Below are positions 48,568 to 58,749 of a stretch of 64,000 bases of DNA, one piece after another. The notes under the pieces are model-generated. The model had not been told where the DNA came from. It worked only from the letters and a program-made list of their open reading frames with translations, and did no database searches. How positions within the stretch are numbered: position 1 is the first letter of the stretch; every line of letters begins with the position of its first letter. Both the position numbers and the translations under genes were made by a program. Origin of the DNA: Clostridia bacterium (GTDB lineage Bacteria; Bacillota; Clostridia; Oscillospirales; CAG-272). The stretch lies in NCBI GenBank assembly GCA_017624905.1, contig JAGAMD010000021.1, positions 1,754 through 65,753 of the forward strand. Direction: 5' to 3'.

Positions 48568-50079
48568 ATGAAAAACAAGGTTTTTCCTATTTATTTTGGT
48601 TACGAAGATAACTGTGATAAAATAACCTCTGCTATTAAAAAGTTTTCCTGTGAAAAAGAAATAGAATTTCATATTTTACACAAAGGAATTAGTGAGGATG
48701 CTATTACAAAAATCAAGAATAGCACATCAGTTAACTGTTATTTCGATGATGTAAGCAAATATATTAATCAAGGTGTTGATTATTACAAATTCGCCATTGA
48801 AAAGGTGTGTAAGCATAACGAAGCTATTTATATTGATGCAGACAGCGAGATCGATTTTAATATAAACACCCTATTTAACATTAATTTAGGCGATTATTAT
48901 GCATGTGCACATCACAATTCAAGCTTTGATAGTGAAATCATGTCAAGCTATACCGAAAAGGTGCTTGGAATTTCTCACTATGTATATGCTTGTGATGATA
49001 TTTTGGTGCTAAACATCAAGGAATTAAAAAAGTCCAAATCATATGAGCGATTCTCTCTCTATGTAGACTTTTGTAATTTTTCCGTTAGTCCCGCCGAAGC
49101 ATTGTTCAACTTAACCTGTAAGGACAATATTTTATTGCTCAATAGCTCTGTAGCCACTGATATTGATGAGGAGCTTGCCATAAAGGAAATGGAAAGCTGT
49201 GATAGCTTCTTAAGTAAGTGGAATGAGGAAAAACGAGCAAGTGACAGAGTTGAAATTGTAAATAGAATCGCGGAATTTGAGCATGATGGCAAGTTTGACC
49301 AAGACGTTGAGGACGATGTACCCGGAAGAATGCTAATGCCGGATGAAATTGAATACATAAAGACTAAACGTGCCGACAAATTGAAGGCTAAGCTTGCATT
49401 TAAGATGGCTAAAAAGTTCTACTATGCTCTTGAAAGGAAGAGAAAGGTTATCATTGATAGTGAGGTTGAAGGTCTTGAAAACTTTGCAAACTTAGACACA
49501 GGTGCCGTTATAACCTGCAATCACTTTAATGCAATGGACAGCTTTGCTATGCACTGGCTATACTTAAAGTCGAAGCAAAAGAAAAGAATCCTTTATAGGA
49601 TCATAAGAGAGGGCAACTACACCTCTTTCCCGGGATTTTTTGGATTTTTGATGCGAAACTTCTACACATTACCTCTTTCCTCTAATCATAAAACAATGAG
49701 AAAGTTTTTAGAGGCAACTAATGAGCTACTTCAAACAGGACACTTCGTGCTTGTTTATCCTGAGCAATCTATGTGGTGGAACTATCGTAAGCCAAAGCCT
49801 TTAAAGCCGGGTGGATTTAACTTTGCTGCAAAAAACAATGTTCCTGTTTTGCCTATTTTTATCACAATGCGTGATTCTGATGTTTTAGGTGAAGATGGCT
49901 ACTATGTGCAAAAATATAAAATGCATGTTGGTAAGCCTATTTATCCAAATCCTGAGCTCAACGCAAGAGAAAACACAGATGCTATGATGAAAGAAAACGA
50001 GCGTGTTTGGCAAGAGATTTACGAGCGTGAATATCAAATGCCACTTGAATATACAACTGAAAAATTCACTCTTGAATAA
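48568..50079 (+). CDS. Fusion of a degenerate GT8-like domain with a PlsC/LPLAT-type acyltransferase domain
   Basis: 503 aa. The N-terminal half is paralogous to the upstream GT8 (IYIDADSEI, ILVLNIKELKK) but lacks the HxxGxxKPW block. The C-terminal half has HX4D (NHFNAMD) and VLVYPEQS motifs. Confidence 0.75.
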   Translation: MKNKVFPIYFGYEDNCDKITSAIKKFSCEKEIEFHILHKGISEDAITKIKNSTSVNCYFDDVSKYINQGVDYYKFAIEKVCKHNEAIYIDADSEIDFNINTLFNINLGDYYACAHHNSSFDSEIMSSYTEKVLGISHYVYACDDILVLNIKELKKSKSYERFSLYVDFCNFSVSPAEALFNLTCKDNILLLNSSVATDIDEELAIKEMESCDSFLSKWNEEKRASDRVEIVNRIAEFEHDGKFDQDVEDDVPGRMLMPDEIEYIKTKRADKLKAKLAFKMAKKFYYALERKRKVIIDSEVEGLENFANLDTGAVITCNHFNAMDSFAMHWLYLKSKQKKRILYRIIREGNYTSFPGFFGFLMRNFYTLPLSSNHKTMRKFLEATNELLQTGHFVLVYPEQSMWWNYRKPKPLKPGGFNFAAKNNVPVLPIFITMRDSDVLGEDGYYVQKYKMHVGKPIYPNPELNARENTDAMMKENERVWQEIYEREYQMPLEYTTEKFTLE

Positions 50080-50081
50080 AG

Positions 50082-50112
50082 AAAAAGACGTTGCGATTGC
50101 AACGTCTTTTTT
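50082..50112. terminator. Bidirectional terminator
   Basis: aaaa-agacgttgc-gatt-gcaacgtct-ttttt. Confidence 0.85.
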
Positions 50113-50905
50113 ATAGTATTTCATCTAGTGATTTAATATACTTATAGCCACACATATCAAGCTCTCTTGCCATTTTTGCAATGCCAAAATCAATCGAATC
50201 TACACTATGGCTATCAGAATTTATTACAAAAGGCTTTCCGCTATCAGCGATTATATCAAGCAAGTCATCTGCAGGATATGGTGTTGTACGGTAGCCACGA
50301 GATATTGCGCCTGTGTTGATTTCAAATATAGCAGGTGATTTCAAAAGCTCTTTTATCGCATTTTGAGCTGCTTTTTGATATCTCTTATTATTTGTCTCAA
50401 TAAGAGGCATGCGCTCGTTAAACTTGGTTACCAAGTCAAAATGACCTATTATTTGGCACTTAGTCCTATTATAAACATCACTTACTAGCTTATAGTAGTC
50501 CTCACAGTATGCAAGTGCATCGCCGTCATAATGCTTTTTTATGTTATTCTTAACCTCATCAGCGCTTAAATCAATAGCAAGATACTCTCCGTTTTTATAT
50601 ATGTGATGAACTGAGCCTATTACATAATCAAAATCGTCGGTTGAGTTGGCTGAAAAGTAATCCTGTTCTATTCCTATATATATTTTAATTTGATTTTTGT
50701 ATTTTTCGCGAAGGGCTAAAAGCTCTTGCTTATACTTAGGAAGCTCTTCCTCTTTTATTGCCCAATCTGTATCAAAAGGAAGCGGGGAGTGTACGGAAAA
50801 GCCGATTTCTGACATATTTTTATCTATGGCTGAAAGCACCATTTCCTCGCACGTGTTCTTACCATCACAATAGACTGTGTGAGTATGATAATTTGTTATT
50901 TTCAT
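50111..50905 (-). CDS. hisJ: Histidinol-phosphatase, PHP family
   Basis: 264 aa. [18 protein letters not shown] motif. Last gene of the his operon. Confidence 0.88.
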   Translation of the reverse strand: MKITNYHTHTVYCDGKNTCEEMVLSAIDKNMSEIGFSVHSPLPFDTDWAIKEEELPKYKQELLALREKYKNQIKIYIGIEQDYFSANSTDDFDYVIGSVHHIYKNGEYLAIDLSADEVKNNIKKHYDGDALAYCEDYYKLVSDVYNRTKCQIIGHFDLVTKFNERMPLIETNNKRYQKAAQNAIKELLKSPAIFEINTGAISRGYRTTPYPADDLLDIIADSGKPFVINSDSHSVDSIDFGIAKMARELDMCGYKYIKSLDEIL

Positions 50906-51552
50906 TTTGTCATCTTTTCCTGTTTTACCTTGTGGTCGATGATATGGCGAGAAGCAAGTTCTCTTTGAATATCCTCAACGCTAATTCCCATTTGTACCAT
51001 AAGCACCATTGTGTGATATGCTAGGTCAGCAATTTCATAAATTGTTTCCTTTTTATCGTCTGCCTTGCCGGCAATAATAACCTCGGTGCTTTCCTCACCT
51101 ATCTTTTTAAGGATTTTGTCAGTTCCCTTTTCAAATAGGTATGTTGTATATGAGCCCTCAGGCTTATCCTTTTTTCTGCCAACTAAGAGGTCATAGAGTC
51201 CATTCATTGTAAACTCGTGAAGCTCGTCACTTTGATAAACCTCGTTTGTAAAGCAAGAATCTGTATTAAGATGACAAGCCGGTCCATCCTTTTCAACTAC
51301 TACAGTAAGTGCATCATAGTCGCAGTCAGCAGTAATTGAAACTATGTGTTGATAGTTTCCACTTGTTTCTCCCTTTAGCCATAGCTCGTTTCTTGAGCGA
51401 CTATAGAAGCAAGTGAGTCCCTTTTCCATTGAAATTTTAAGACTTTCCTTATTCATATATGCAACTGTTAACACCTTTTTTGTATAAGAGTCAACAACAA
51501 CTGCCGGAATAAGACCGTACTTATCAAATTTAAGCTTTTCTATATCAAACAT
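50902..51552 (-). CDS. hisI: Bifunctional phosphoribosyl-AMP cyclohydrolase / phosphoribosyl-ATP pyrophosphatase
   Basis: Trimmed to [19 protein letters not shown]. The cyclohydrolase Cys cluster (CDYDAL...GPACH) is followed by a HisE helical domain. Confidence 0.9.
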   Translation of the reverse strand: MFDIEKLKFDKYGLIPAVVVDSYTKKVLTVAYMNKESLKISMEKGLTCFYSRSRNELWLKGETSGNYQHIVSITADCDYDALTVVVEKDGPACHLNTDSCFTNEVYQSDELHEFTMNGLYDLLVGRKKDKPEGSYTTYLFEKGTDKILKKIGEESTEVIIAGKADDKKETIYEIADLAYHTMVLMVQMGISVEDIQRELASRHIIDHKVKQEKMTK

Positions 51553-51553
51553 T

Positions 51554-52312
51554 TTAAATCCTCGCTTTAATTCCATTATTATTTAGCTCTTTTTTGAGCT
51601 CATTAATATTGATTTCGCCAAAATGGAATACAGATGCTGCAAGACCTGCACTCATTTCTGGTATTTCCTTAAACAAATCAATAAAATCTTTAGTTGAACC
51701 GGCTCCACCGGATGCAATAACCGGTACATTAACTGCATCGCAAACCAACTTAAGCAGCTCAATATCAAAGCCACCCTTTACACCGTCTGTATCTATTGAA
51801 TTGACAACAACCTCGCCGGCTCCCATATCTACGCATCTTTTAATCCAAGAAATCGCCTCCATACCGGTGTCAACTCTGCCACCATGCAAGAAAACGTGAA
51901 ATTCGCCATCTACTCTTTTTATGTCAGCTGAAATAACAACACATTGGTTGCCGTATTTCTTTGCAGCCTCAGTAATCAGGCTTGGATTTTTAATAGCACC
52001 GGAGTTTACGCTAACCTTGTCGGCACCGCATTTTAAAACCCTATCAAAGTCTTCTATTGTATTTATTCCGCCCCCTACAGTCAACGGAATAAAGACGTTT
52101 GAAGCGACCTGTGTTAGTATTTCTGTAAAGAGCCTTCTTCCCTCGTGGGAGGCTGTAATATCGTAGAACACGAGCTCGTCAGCACCATTTTCTGAGTAAT
52201 ACTTAGCAAGTGTTGCCGGATCGTTTACGTCGTTTATGCCCTCAAAGTTTACGCCCTTTACAACTCGTCCATCTCTTACATCAAGACAAGGTATAATTCT
52301 TTTGGTAATCAT
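51554..52312 (-). CDS. hisF: Imidazole glycerol phosphate synthase cyclase subunit
   Basis: 252 aa. [16 protein letters not shown]. Confidence 0.95.
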   Translation of the reverse strand: MITKRIIPCLDVRDGRVVKGVNFEGINDVNDPATLAKYYSENGADELVFYDITASHEGRRLFTEILTQVASNVFIPLTVGGGINTIEDFDRVLKCGADKVSVNSGAIKNPSLITEAAKKYGNQCVVISADIKRVDGEFHVFLHGGRVDTGMEAISWIKRCVDMGAGEVVVNSIDTDGVKGGFDIELLKLVCDAVNVPVIASGGAGSTKDFIDLFKEIPEMSAGLAASVFHFGEININELKKELNNNGIKARI

Positions 52313-53022
52313 TTTGCAACCTCGATGGCCTCACTTAGGTCAATTGCTCCTGTGTAGTATGCTTTACCTATGATAGCGCCATATAAATTCATTTTTCTTA
52401 ATTCTTTTATATCATCAATTGTGGAAACTCCACCGGATGCTATTATATCAAGTGTATATTTTTCAGAAAGTGCCTTATAAAGTGCTAGATTTGTGCCCTT
52501 CATAGCACCATCCTTTGAAATATCTGTGCAAATTACGGTTTTAACACCTATGCTTTGCATTTTTGAAAGAAACTCCTCAAGTGAATATTGGCTTTTTTCC
52601 ACCCAGCCCTTAATTGCAATATAGCCATCCTTAACATCAGCACCTACTGCAACCTTTTCACCATATTTTGAAATTGCTTCCTTTAAAAAGCTCTCGTCAT
52701 TTACTGCACTGGTGCCAAGAATAACACGATTAGCTCCATTTTCAAGATATGTTTTTACTGTTTCCATATCTCGAATACCGCCACCAATTTCCAAGAAAAG
52801 GTTGGTTTTTTCAGCTATTTTCTTAACTATTTCCAAATTTGGTGTTTTTCCTGTTTTTGCACCCTCTAGGTCGACCACGTGGATGAATTTGGCTCCTGCC
52901 TTTTCAAAATTTTCAGCCACTTCCCACGGTTTTTCGCTATAAATTGTCATTTGATTGTAATCGCCCTTATATAGACGAACAGCTTTTTTATCGTATAAAT
53001 CTATTGCGGGGAAAATATTCAT
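52309..53022 (-). CDS. hisA: ProFAR isomerase
   Basis: 237 aa. IFPAIDLYDKKAVRLYKGDY. Confidence 0.95.
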   Translation of the reverse strand: MNIFPAIDLYDKKAVRLYKGDYNQMTIYSEKPWEVAENFEKAGAKFIHVVDLEGAKTGKTPNLEIVKKIAEKTNLFLEIGGGIRDMETVKTYLENGANRVILGTSAVNDESFLKEAISKYGEKVAVGADVKDGYIAIKGWVEKSQYSLEEFLSKMQSIGVKTVICTDISKDGAMKGTNLALYKALSEKYTLDIIASGGVSTIDDIKELRKMNLYGAIIGKAYYTGAIDLSEAIEVAK

Positions 53023-53639
53023 TTTGTACTCTCCATTTCACAAAATGCACGTAGAATATTAAGTCCTACCTCTCCACTCTTTTCAGGGTGGAATTGACAG
53101 CCCATTACATTATCCTTTGCAACAATTGCAGTTATGTCCTTATCATACTCTGCATACGCAAGGAGGGAGTCCTCGCAGTCAACTGCATAATAGGAATGGA
53201 CAAAATAAACATAATCGCCATTTTTTATATATTTAAAGAGTGGGTGTTCTTTCTTAAAAATAAGTGCATTATAGCCTATATGAGGGATTTGTAGCTTTTC
53301 ATCAATTACTCCCTGCATACCGATAACCGAGCCCTTTAGCAAACCAAGCCCGTTATGCTCACCATACTCATAGCTCTTTTCAAAAAGCAATTGCATACCA
53401 AGGCAAATGCCCATAATTGGCTTACCGTTTTTGGCTTCCTCAATAATTACCTTATCAAGTCCTGTTTGTCTTAATTTTTCGGCTGCATCACCAAAAGCAC
53501 CAACGCCGGGAAGTAAAATGCGGTCGCATTTTTTTATAACCTCGGCATCGCTTGTAACTACTGCATCAGCACCTATATATTTAAATGAGGATACTACGGA
53601 AAAAAGATTTCCAATTCCATAGTCAACTATTGCTATCAT
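53019..53639 (-). CDS. hisH: Imidazole glycerol phosphate synthase glutaminase subunit
   Basis: 206 aa. GICLGMQLL (catalytic Cys), FHPEKS. Confidence 0.95.
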   Translation of the reverse strand: MIAIVDYGIGNLFSVVSSFKYIGADAVVTSDAEVIKKCDRILLPGVGAFGDAAEKLRQTGLDKVIIEEAKNGKPIMGICLGMQLLFEKSYEYGEHNGLGLLKGSVIGMQGVIDEKLQIPHIGYNALIFKKEHPLFKYIKNGDYVYFVHSYYAVDCEDSLLAYAEYDKDITAIVAKDNVMGCQFHPEKSGEVGLNILRAFCEMESTK

Positions 53640-54226
53640 TAGATTACTCCTTTTGTGGAGGGAATTTCGTCCTTGTATTTTTCGTCAATCGCTACAGCTT
53701 CCTTTAAGCATCTTGCAAATGCCTTGAAGGCACCCTCAATTATGTGGTGAGAGTTAGTGCCTGCGAGTGATTTTAAGTGAATTGTGATACCACTTTCACG
53801 AGCAAGTGCCATAAAGAACTCCTCGCAAAGCTCTGTATCAAAATCGCCTACTCTGTATGATGGAATATTTAGAGTGTAATAAAGACCGCCTCTGCCTGAA
53901 ATATCAATTGCACACAAGATAAGCGACTCATCCATTGGCAACATTATATCAGCATATCTATTTATGCCTTTTTTCTCGCCAAGTGCGTCCTTGATTGCTT
54001 TACCTAAGCAAATAGCAATATCCTCGCTTGTGTGGTGGTAGTCAACCTCGGTGTCTCCATTACACACTACCTTTAAATCTATTCTTGAATGACGTGCAAA
54101 AAGGGTAAGCATATGGTCAAGAAAGCCACAGCCTGTATTTATTTCATTTTCTCCCTTACCATCGAGGTTTAGAGAAAGCTTTATTTGAGTTTCTTTTGTT
54201 GCTCTGTCAATTTGTGCTATTCTCAT
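53639..54226 (-). CDS. hisB: Imidazoleglycerol-phosphate dehydratase
   Basis: 195 aa. DYHHTSEDIAI and NSHHIIEGAFKA motifs. Confidence 0.95.
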   Translation of the reverse strand: MRIAQIDRATKETQIKLSLNLDGKGENEINTGCGFLDHMLTLFARHSRIDLKVVCNGDTEVDYHHTSEDIAICLGKAIKDALGEKKGINRYADIMLPMDESLILCAIDISGRGGLYYTLNIPSYRVGDFDTELCEEFFMALARESGITIHLKSLAGTNSHHIIEGAFKAFARCLKEAVAIDEKYKDEIPSTKGVI

Positions 54227-55287
54227 TTTGTCGCCTCCAAAATTTCTCTAGTTTTGTTTAAAAAGATATCCATTTGCTCTTTGGTGCCGATTGTAATTCG
54301 GTTAAAGTCCTTTATTTTTTCGCTTGTAAAGTGACGAACTAAAACTCCCTTTTCCTTTAGCTTTAGGTAAAGCTCCTCGCCACTTATTTTATTGCTCCTT
54401 GCGAAAATAAAGTTTGCTTTAGAATCAAGCACGAAAAAGCCCATTTTTTCAAGCTCGTTTTTAGTGTACTGACGAGCCTCAATAATTTTTTTACAGTTGT
54501 CCATATAATAGCTATCGTCGTCAATAGCACAAGCACCTGCTACTTGGCTTATGCGATTTACATTATACGGATTGGTTGAATATTTTATTGTGTTTAGGTC
54601 GTTTATAATAGCTTTGGAGCCTATGCCAAAGCCGATTCTTGCTCCTGCCATTGAGCGAGACTTTGAAAATGTCATTGTAACTAGCAAATTGTCGTACTTA
54701 TGTACTAAATCCACACAGCTCTCGCCACCAAAATCAATATATGCCTCGTCAATAATTACTACATTGTTTGGATTACTCTTTATAATCTCTTCAATTTGGT
54801 CACGAGTAAGTGCGATTCCTGTTGGTGCGTTAGGATTAGCTATTACTATTGTTGTATTTTTGCCAATATAATCGCTTGTATCAATAGTGAAGTCGTCCTT
54901 TAGAGGCACTTCCCTATATTTTACACCATTTAAGTCTGCAAAAACAGTATAAAAGCCATAAGTAATATTGGGGAAAAGCATTTCTCTTTCCTTGTCACCA
55001 TATGCCATAAATGCAAAGTTCAAAACCTCATCACTACCATTTGTAACAAGAACCATATCCTTATCTACGCCATATCTTTTTGCAATCTTTTCTGTAATTA
55101 TGCTTGCTTGTGGATCGGAGTATAAATGGAGCTTTTCAGCCTCTTTTTTTACTGCATCGTACACATTATTTGATGGCATATATGGGGATTCATTTGTGTT
55201 TAGCTTTACGTATTCCATATTTTTTGGTTGTTCGCCCGGTGTATATGGAACTAAAGACGAATATCTTTCGCTGAAAAATCTGCTCAT
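54223..55287 (-). CDS. hisC: Histidinol-phosphate aminotransferase
   Basis: 354 aa. PLP-Lys block TFSKSRSMAGARIG. Confidence 0.93.
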   Translation of the reverse strand: MSRFFSERYSSLVPYTPGEQPKNMEYVKLNTNESPYMPSNNVYDAVKKEAEKLHLYSDPQASIITEKIAKRYGVDKDMVLVTNGSDEVLNFAFMAYGDKEREMLFPNITYGFYTVFADLNGVKYREVPLKDDFTIDTSDYIGKNTTIVIANPNAPTGIALTRDQIEEIIKSNPNNVVIIDEAYIDFGGESCVDLVHKYDNLLVTMTFSKSRSMAGARIGFGIGSKAIINDLNTIKYSTNPYNVNRISQVAGACAIDDDSYYMDNCKKIIEARQYTKNELEKMGFFVLDSKANFIFARSNKISGEELYLKLKEKGVLVRHFTSEKIKDFNRITIGTKEQMDIFLNKTREILEATK

Positions 55288-55304
55288 TTTTTCCTCCTTA
55301 TAGA

Positions 55305-56582
55305 TTATTTTTCAAAACGGATTGTGGCACTCTTTGCGTGTGCGTGTAATCCTTCCTTTTCGGCAAAGGCAGCAACCTTATCGGCTACCTGTCCTAAAGC
55401 TTCCTTTGTGTAGTAAGTAAATTGTGATTTCTTTACAAAATCGTCAACTGAAAGTGGGCTTGAAAATCTTGCACTTCCACTTGTTGGAAGAGTGTGGTTT
55501 GGACCTGCAAAATAGTCTCCAAGTGCTTCCGGACAATACTTGCCCATAAAGATTGAGCCTGCGTGCTTAACCTTATCAAGATAATCGAACGGATTATCAA
55601 CGGCAAGCTCAAGATGCTCAGGTGCTATTTCATTAGCAATATCGATAGCGAGCATTAGATTGTTCTCTGCTACGATAATTTTACCATTATTATCAATTGA
55701 TGCTCTTGCAATTTCCTCTCTTGGCAAAAGTGGAATTTGTTTTTCAAGCTCTTGGCTTACCTCTTTTGCAAGGTCGTATGAGTCGGTAACTAAAACAGCA
55801 CTTGCCATTTTATCGTGCTCGGCTTGTGAAAGAAGGTCAGCTGCTACATACACAGGGTTAGCTGTTTTGTCTGCAACAACCAAAATTTCACTTGGTCCTG
55901 CTATCATGTCAATGGAAACCTTGCCAAAAACCTGCTTTTTAGCCTCAGCAACATAAGCATTACCGGGTCCAACGATTTTGTCAACCTCCGGTATTGACTC
56001 TGTACCATAAGCAAGGGCAGCTATTGCTCCTGCACCGCCAACCTTGAAAATTCTATCAACTCCTGCTATCTTTGCAGCAGCTAAAATTGCAGGGTTAACC
56101 TTACCATCCTTTGACGGTGGAGTTACCATTACAATCTCTGAGCATCCGGCAATTTTAGCCGGTATGCTATCCATTAAAACAGTTGATGGATATGCAGCTG
56201 TACCACCCGGAACATAAAGTCCCACCTTTTCAATAGGTGTGATTTTTTGTCCTGTGATAACACCATTTTCCTCTTTAATTTGAAAGCCTTCTCTTACTTG
56301 ATTTTTGTGGAAGGCTGTAATGTTTTCCTTAGCCTCTTTTACAATTTCAATAAAGCTTGGATCTACGCTTTCAAAAGCCTCGTCTATCTCAGCCGCACTC
56401 ACCTCTAATGAGGAAAGGGATACCTTATCGAACTTTTCTGCGTATTCATATAACGCTTTGTCGCCGTTTTTTCTAACATTTGCGATTATATCGCTAACAG
56501 CTTCCTCAACGCCTGAGGCTATATTGTCACGAGCGAAGATTTCACTATTAGAAACCTCACCATACTTATATATTTTAATCAT
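55305..56582 (-). CDS. hisD: Histidinol dehydrogenase
   Basis: 425 aa. SQAEHD and GDYFAGPNHTLPT motifs. Confidence 0.95.
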   Translation of the reverse strand: MIKIYKYGEVSNSEIFARDNIASGVEEAVSDIIANVRKNGDKALYEYAEKFDKVSLSSLEVSAAEIDEAFESVDPSFIEIVKEAKENITAFHKNQVREGFQIKEENGVITGQKITPIEKVGLYVPGGTAAYPSTVLMDSIPAKIAGCSEIVMVTPPSKDGKVNPAILAAAKIAGVDRIFKVGGAGAIAALAYGTESIPEVDKIVGPGNAYVAEAKKQVFGKVSIDMIAGPSEILVVADKTANPVYVAADLLSQAEHDKMASAVLVTDSYDLAKEVSQELEKQIPLLPREEIARASIDNNGKIIVAENNLMLAIDIANEIAPEHLELAVDNPFDYLDKVKHAGSIFMGKYCPEALGDYFAGPNHTLPTSGSARFSSPLSVDDFVKKSQFTYYTKEALGQVADKVAAFAEKEGLHAHAKSATIRFEK

Positions 56583-57204
56583 TGTTCTTTACCTGTTCTG
56601 CTAAAAACTCAGATATTTTTTCGATTTCCTGAGTTTTGAATTTAAAGCTGGATTTGTTTGCTATTAGTCTTGCTGAAATAGGAATAATCTCTTCCTTTAC
56701 CTCTAGGTCGTTTTCCTTAAGAGTTGTGCCTGTCTCAACAATATCAACTATTACATCCGAAAGAGACAAAATTGGTGCAATTTCAATAGAACCATTTAGC
56801 TTTATAATATCAATATCACGACACTTGCTTTGGTAATATTTCTTTGCTATATTTACAAATTTTGTCGCTACTCTTAATGTTTTAGTGTGGTCATCGTAAA
56901 AGTCCTTTTTACCTGCTACCGCCATACGACATTTACCGATATTTAAATCGAGTAATTCATAGACATCCGGCTCATATTCAAGTAAAATATCCTTACCACA
57001 TACGCCAATGTCGGCAGCTCCTCTTTCAACATAAATTGAAACATCAGAAGGCTTTACCCAGAAGTATCTTACTCCCTTTTCCTCGTTTTCAAAAATAAGC
57101 TTTCTGTTATTTTCTAAAATTGAAGGACATTCATAGCCACATAAGGCAAACATCTTATATACCTTTTCACCAAGTCTGCCCTTGGGAAGTGCTACATTTA
57201 TCAT
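56575..57204 (-). CDS. hisG: ATP phosphoribosyltransferase, short (HisZ-dependent) form
   Basis: Trimmed to MINVALPKGRLGEK after aagagga. About 209 aa with no C-terminal regulatory domain. Confidence 0.92.
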   Translation of the reverse strand: MINVALPKGRLGEKVYKMFALCGYECPSILENNRKLIFENEEKGVRYFWVKPSDVSIYVERGAADIGVCGKDILLEYEPDVYELLDLNIGKCRMAVAGKKDFYDDHTKTLRVATKFVNIAKKYYQSKCRDIDIIKLNGSIEIAPILSLSDVIVDIVETGTTLKENDLEVKEEIIPISARLIANKSSFKFKTQEIEKISEFLAEQVKNND

Positions 57205-57215
57205 TATATTTCCTC

Positions 57216-58298
57216 TTAAATCTCTATTATTTCTCTGTATCTTAGCTTTGGTGGTATGCATTTTTGAGCACTAACGCTCTTGCCCTCTTTAGCTAAGCCT
57301 TCAACTGTGTTTTTTATTTGACTAGCATCCGTGCCTTCCTTGTAAACTACTAGCGTATCAACGTCATATTCGCTCGTTTTTTCGTTTAAGGATGCGAGTA
57401 AATCTGTATAGATTGCAAAGCCGATGCCTTGACACTTTTTGCCCATTTTGTAAAGTAGGTTGTCGTATCTGCCACCAAAAAGCACACACTCACAAACTCC
57501 ATTGATATATCCGTTTATTACTATGCTGTTATAGTAGTTCATATCGTTAACGATTGAAAAATCAAAACGGATTTTATCATATCCAGCCTCACAGCTTAGC
57601 AAGAATGCTATTTGCTTTAGCTCGTTTGTACACTTAGAAAACTCTTCGCTTATATCCATTTTTTCAAGCTTAGATATAACCTCCGTAGGCTCTCCATATA
57701 TTGAAACGAAATCACAAAGTAGCTTTGCATCTTTGCTGTCAATATCATATTTTTGTGAAATTGCTTTTATTTCGTGAGCACTCTTTTTACCAACGCACTC
57801 AAGTACTTCCTTGCAAAAATCCTCATTTTCACTTATGCTGTTCAGCAGTGCTGAGATGATGCCCATATGTGAAATTTCAAGCACATAGTCGCTTGAAATA
57901 GCCTCAAGGCTCTTTTTAGCAAGTGTTATCACCTCATAGGTATCATATAAATCGATATCGCCTATGCATTCAAGTCCTGTTTGCATTATTTCCTTATACT
58001 CTCTTGTGCCACCCGAGATGCGATATACATTTTCGCTATAATACATTTTGTTTTTTACGCCCTTATTATCAGTCGCATTTTTGATAATAGAAAGTGTAAC
58101 GTCCGGCTTTAATGCAAGTAGCTTACCATTTGTGTCGGTAAATGTAATTATACTGTCGCTTACCAAGAAGTCCTTGTTTCTTGCATATAGATCATATTCC
58201 TCGAATTTGTTCATTTTATATGGCAAATAACCATAATTTGTATATAAGGAACGCAAGGATAGGACAATTTTTTCCTCATTTTTTAAATATTTAATCAC
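57216..58298 (-). CDS. hisZ: ATP phosphoribosyltransferase regulatory subunit (HisRS paralog)
   Basis: 360 aa. Class-II aaRS-like core without an anticodon-binding domain, immediately upstream of a short hisG. Confidence 0.88.
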   Translation of the reverse strand: MIKYLKNEEKIVLSLRSLYTNYGYLPYKMNKFEEYDLYARNKDFLVSDSIITFTDTNGKLLALKPDVTLSIIKNATDNKGVKNKMYYSENVYRISGGTREYKEIMQTGLECIGDIDLYDTYEVITLAKKSLEAISSDYVLEISHMGIISALLNSISENEDFCKEVLECVGKKSAHEIKAISQKYDIDSKDAKLLCDFVSIYGEPTEVISKLEKMDISEEFSKCTNELKQIAFLLSCEAGYDKIRFDFSIVNDMNYYNSIVINGYINGVCECVLFGGRYDNLLYKMGKKCQGIGFAIYTDLLASLNEKTSEYDVDTLVVYKEGTDASQIKNTVEGLAKEGKSVSAQKCIPPKLRYREIIEI

Positions 58299-58600
58299 TT
58301 TTTTGCTCCTTTATTAGAGTCAACCACTCTTTCAAGAATCATTGAGTAGCCTCCGTCTCCATACTCAAGGCATCTGTTTACACGGCTAATTGTAGCTGTG
58401 CTCATTCCTGTTGCCTTAGTAATTTCAGCATAGTTTATGCCTTGCTTTAACATCTTTGCCGCCTTTAATCTTTGGGCAATTTCAAGCACCTCTTTAATTG
58501 TGCAAGCATCTCCAAAAAACTTATAGCACTCTTCTTTTGTTTGTAAAGAAAGTATTGCCTCAAATAACTCGTCTACCTCTTTTGTATGCATTTTACTCAT
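58295..58600 (-). CDS. TrpR-like YerC/YecD-family protein heading the his operon (HisR-like candidate repressor)
   Basis: 101 aa. LEIAQRLKAAKMLKQGINYAEITKATGMSTATISRVNRCLEYGDGGY is the YerC/YecD signature. Overlaps the hisZ start by 4 nt. Confidence 0.8.
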   Translation of the reverse strand: MSKMHTKEVDELFEAILSLQTKEECYKFFGDACTIKEVLEIAQRLKAAKMLKQGINYAEITKATGMSTATISRVNRCLEYGDGGYSMILERVVDSNKGAKK

Positions 58601-58655
58601 AGTTTACCTCTTTTTCATAGTGAGATTTCACTTTAACGCTTTAGTGTACTAAAAT

Positions 58656-58684
58656 ATTATAATACTTAAAAACCTAAATGTCAA
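58656..58684 (-). promoter_or_regulatory. Consensus sigma-A promoter of the his operon
   Basis: Minus-strand TTGACA (58684-58679), 17-nt spacer, TATAAT (58661-58656). Inverted repeats TTAGT-gt-ACTAA (58641-58652) and AGTGA-gatt-TCACT (58619-58632) lie at or after the predicted start site. Confidence 0.75.
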
Positions 58685-58720
58685 TAGATTTTATATTTTA
58701 TTTATATAATATGTTAATAA

Positions 58721-58748
58721 AAGAAAAGCACCCGAGTGGGTGCTTTTA
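58721..58748 (-). terminator. Terminator of LRR paralog 4
   Basis: gcaccc-gagt-gggtgc with a U-run in the minus sense. Confidence 0.75.
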
Positions 58749-58749
58749 A

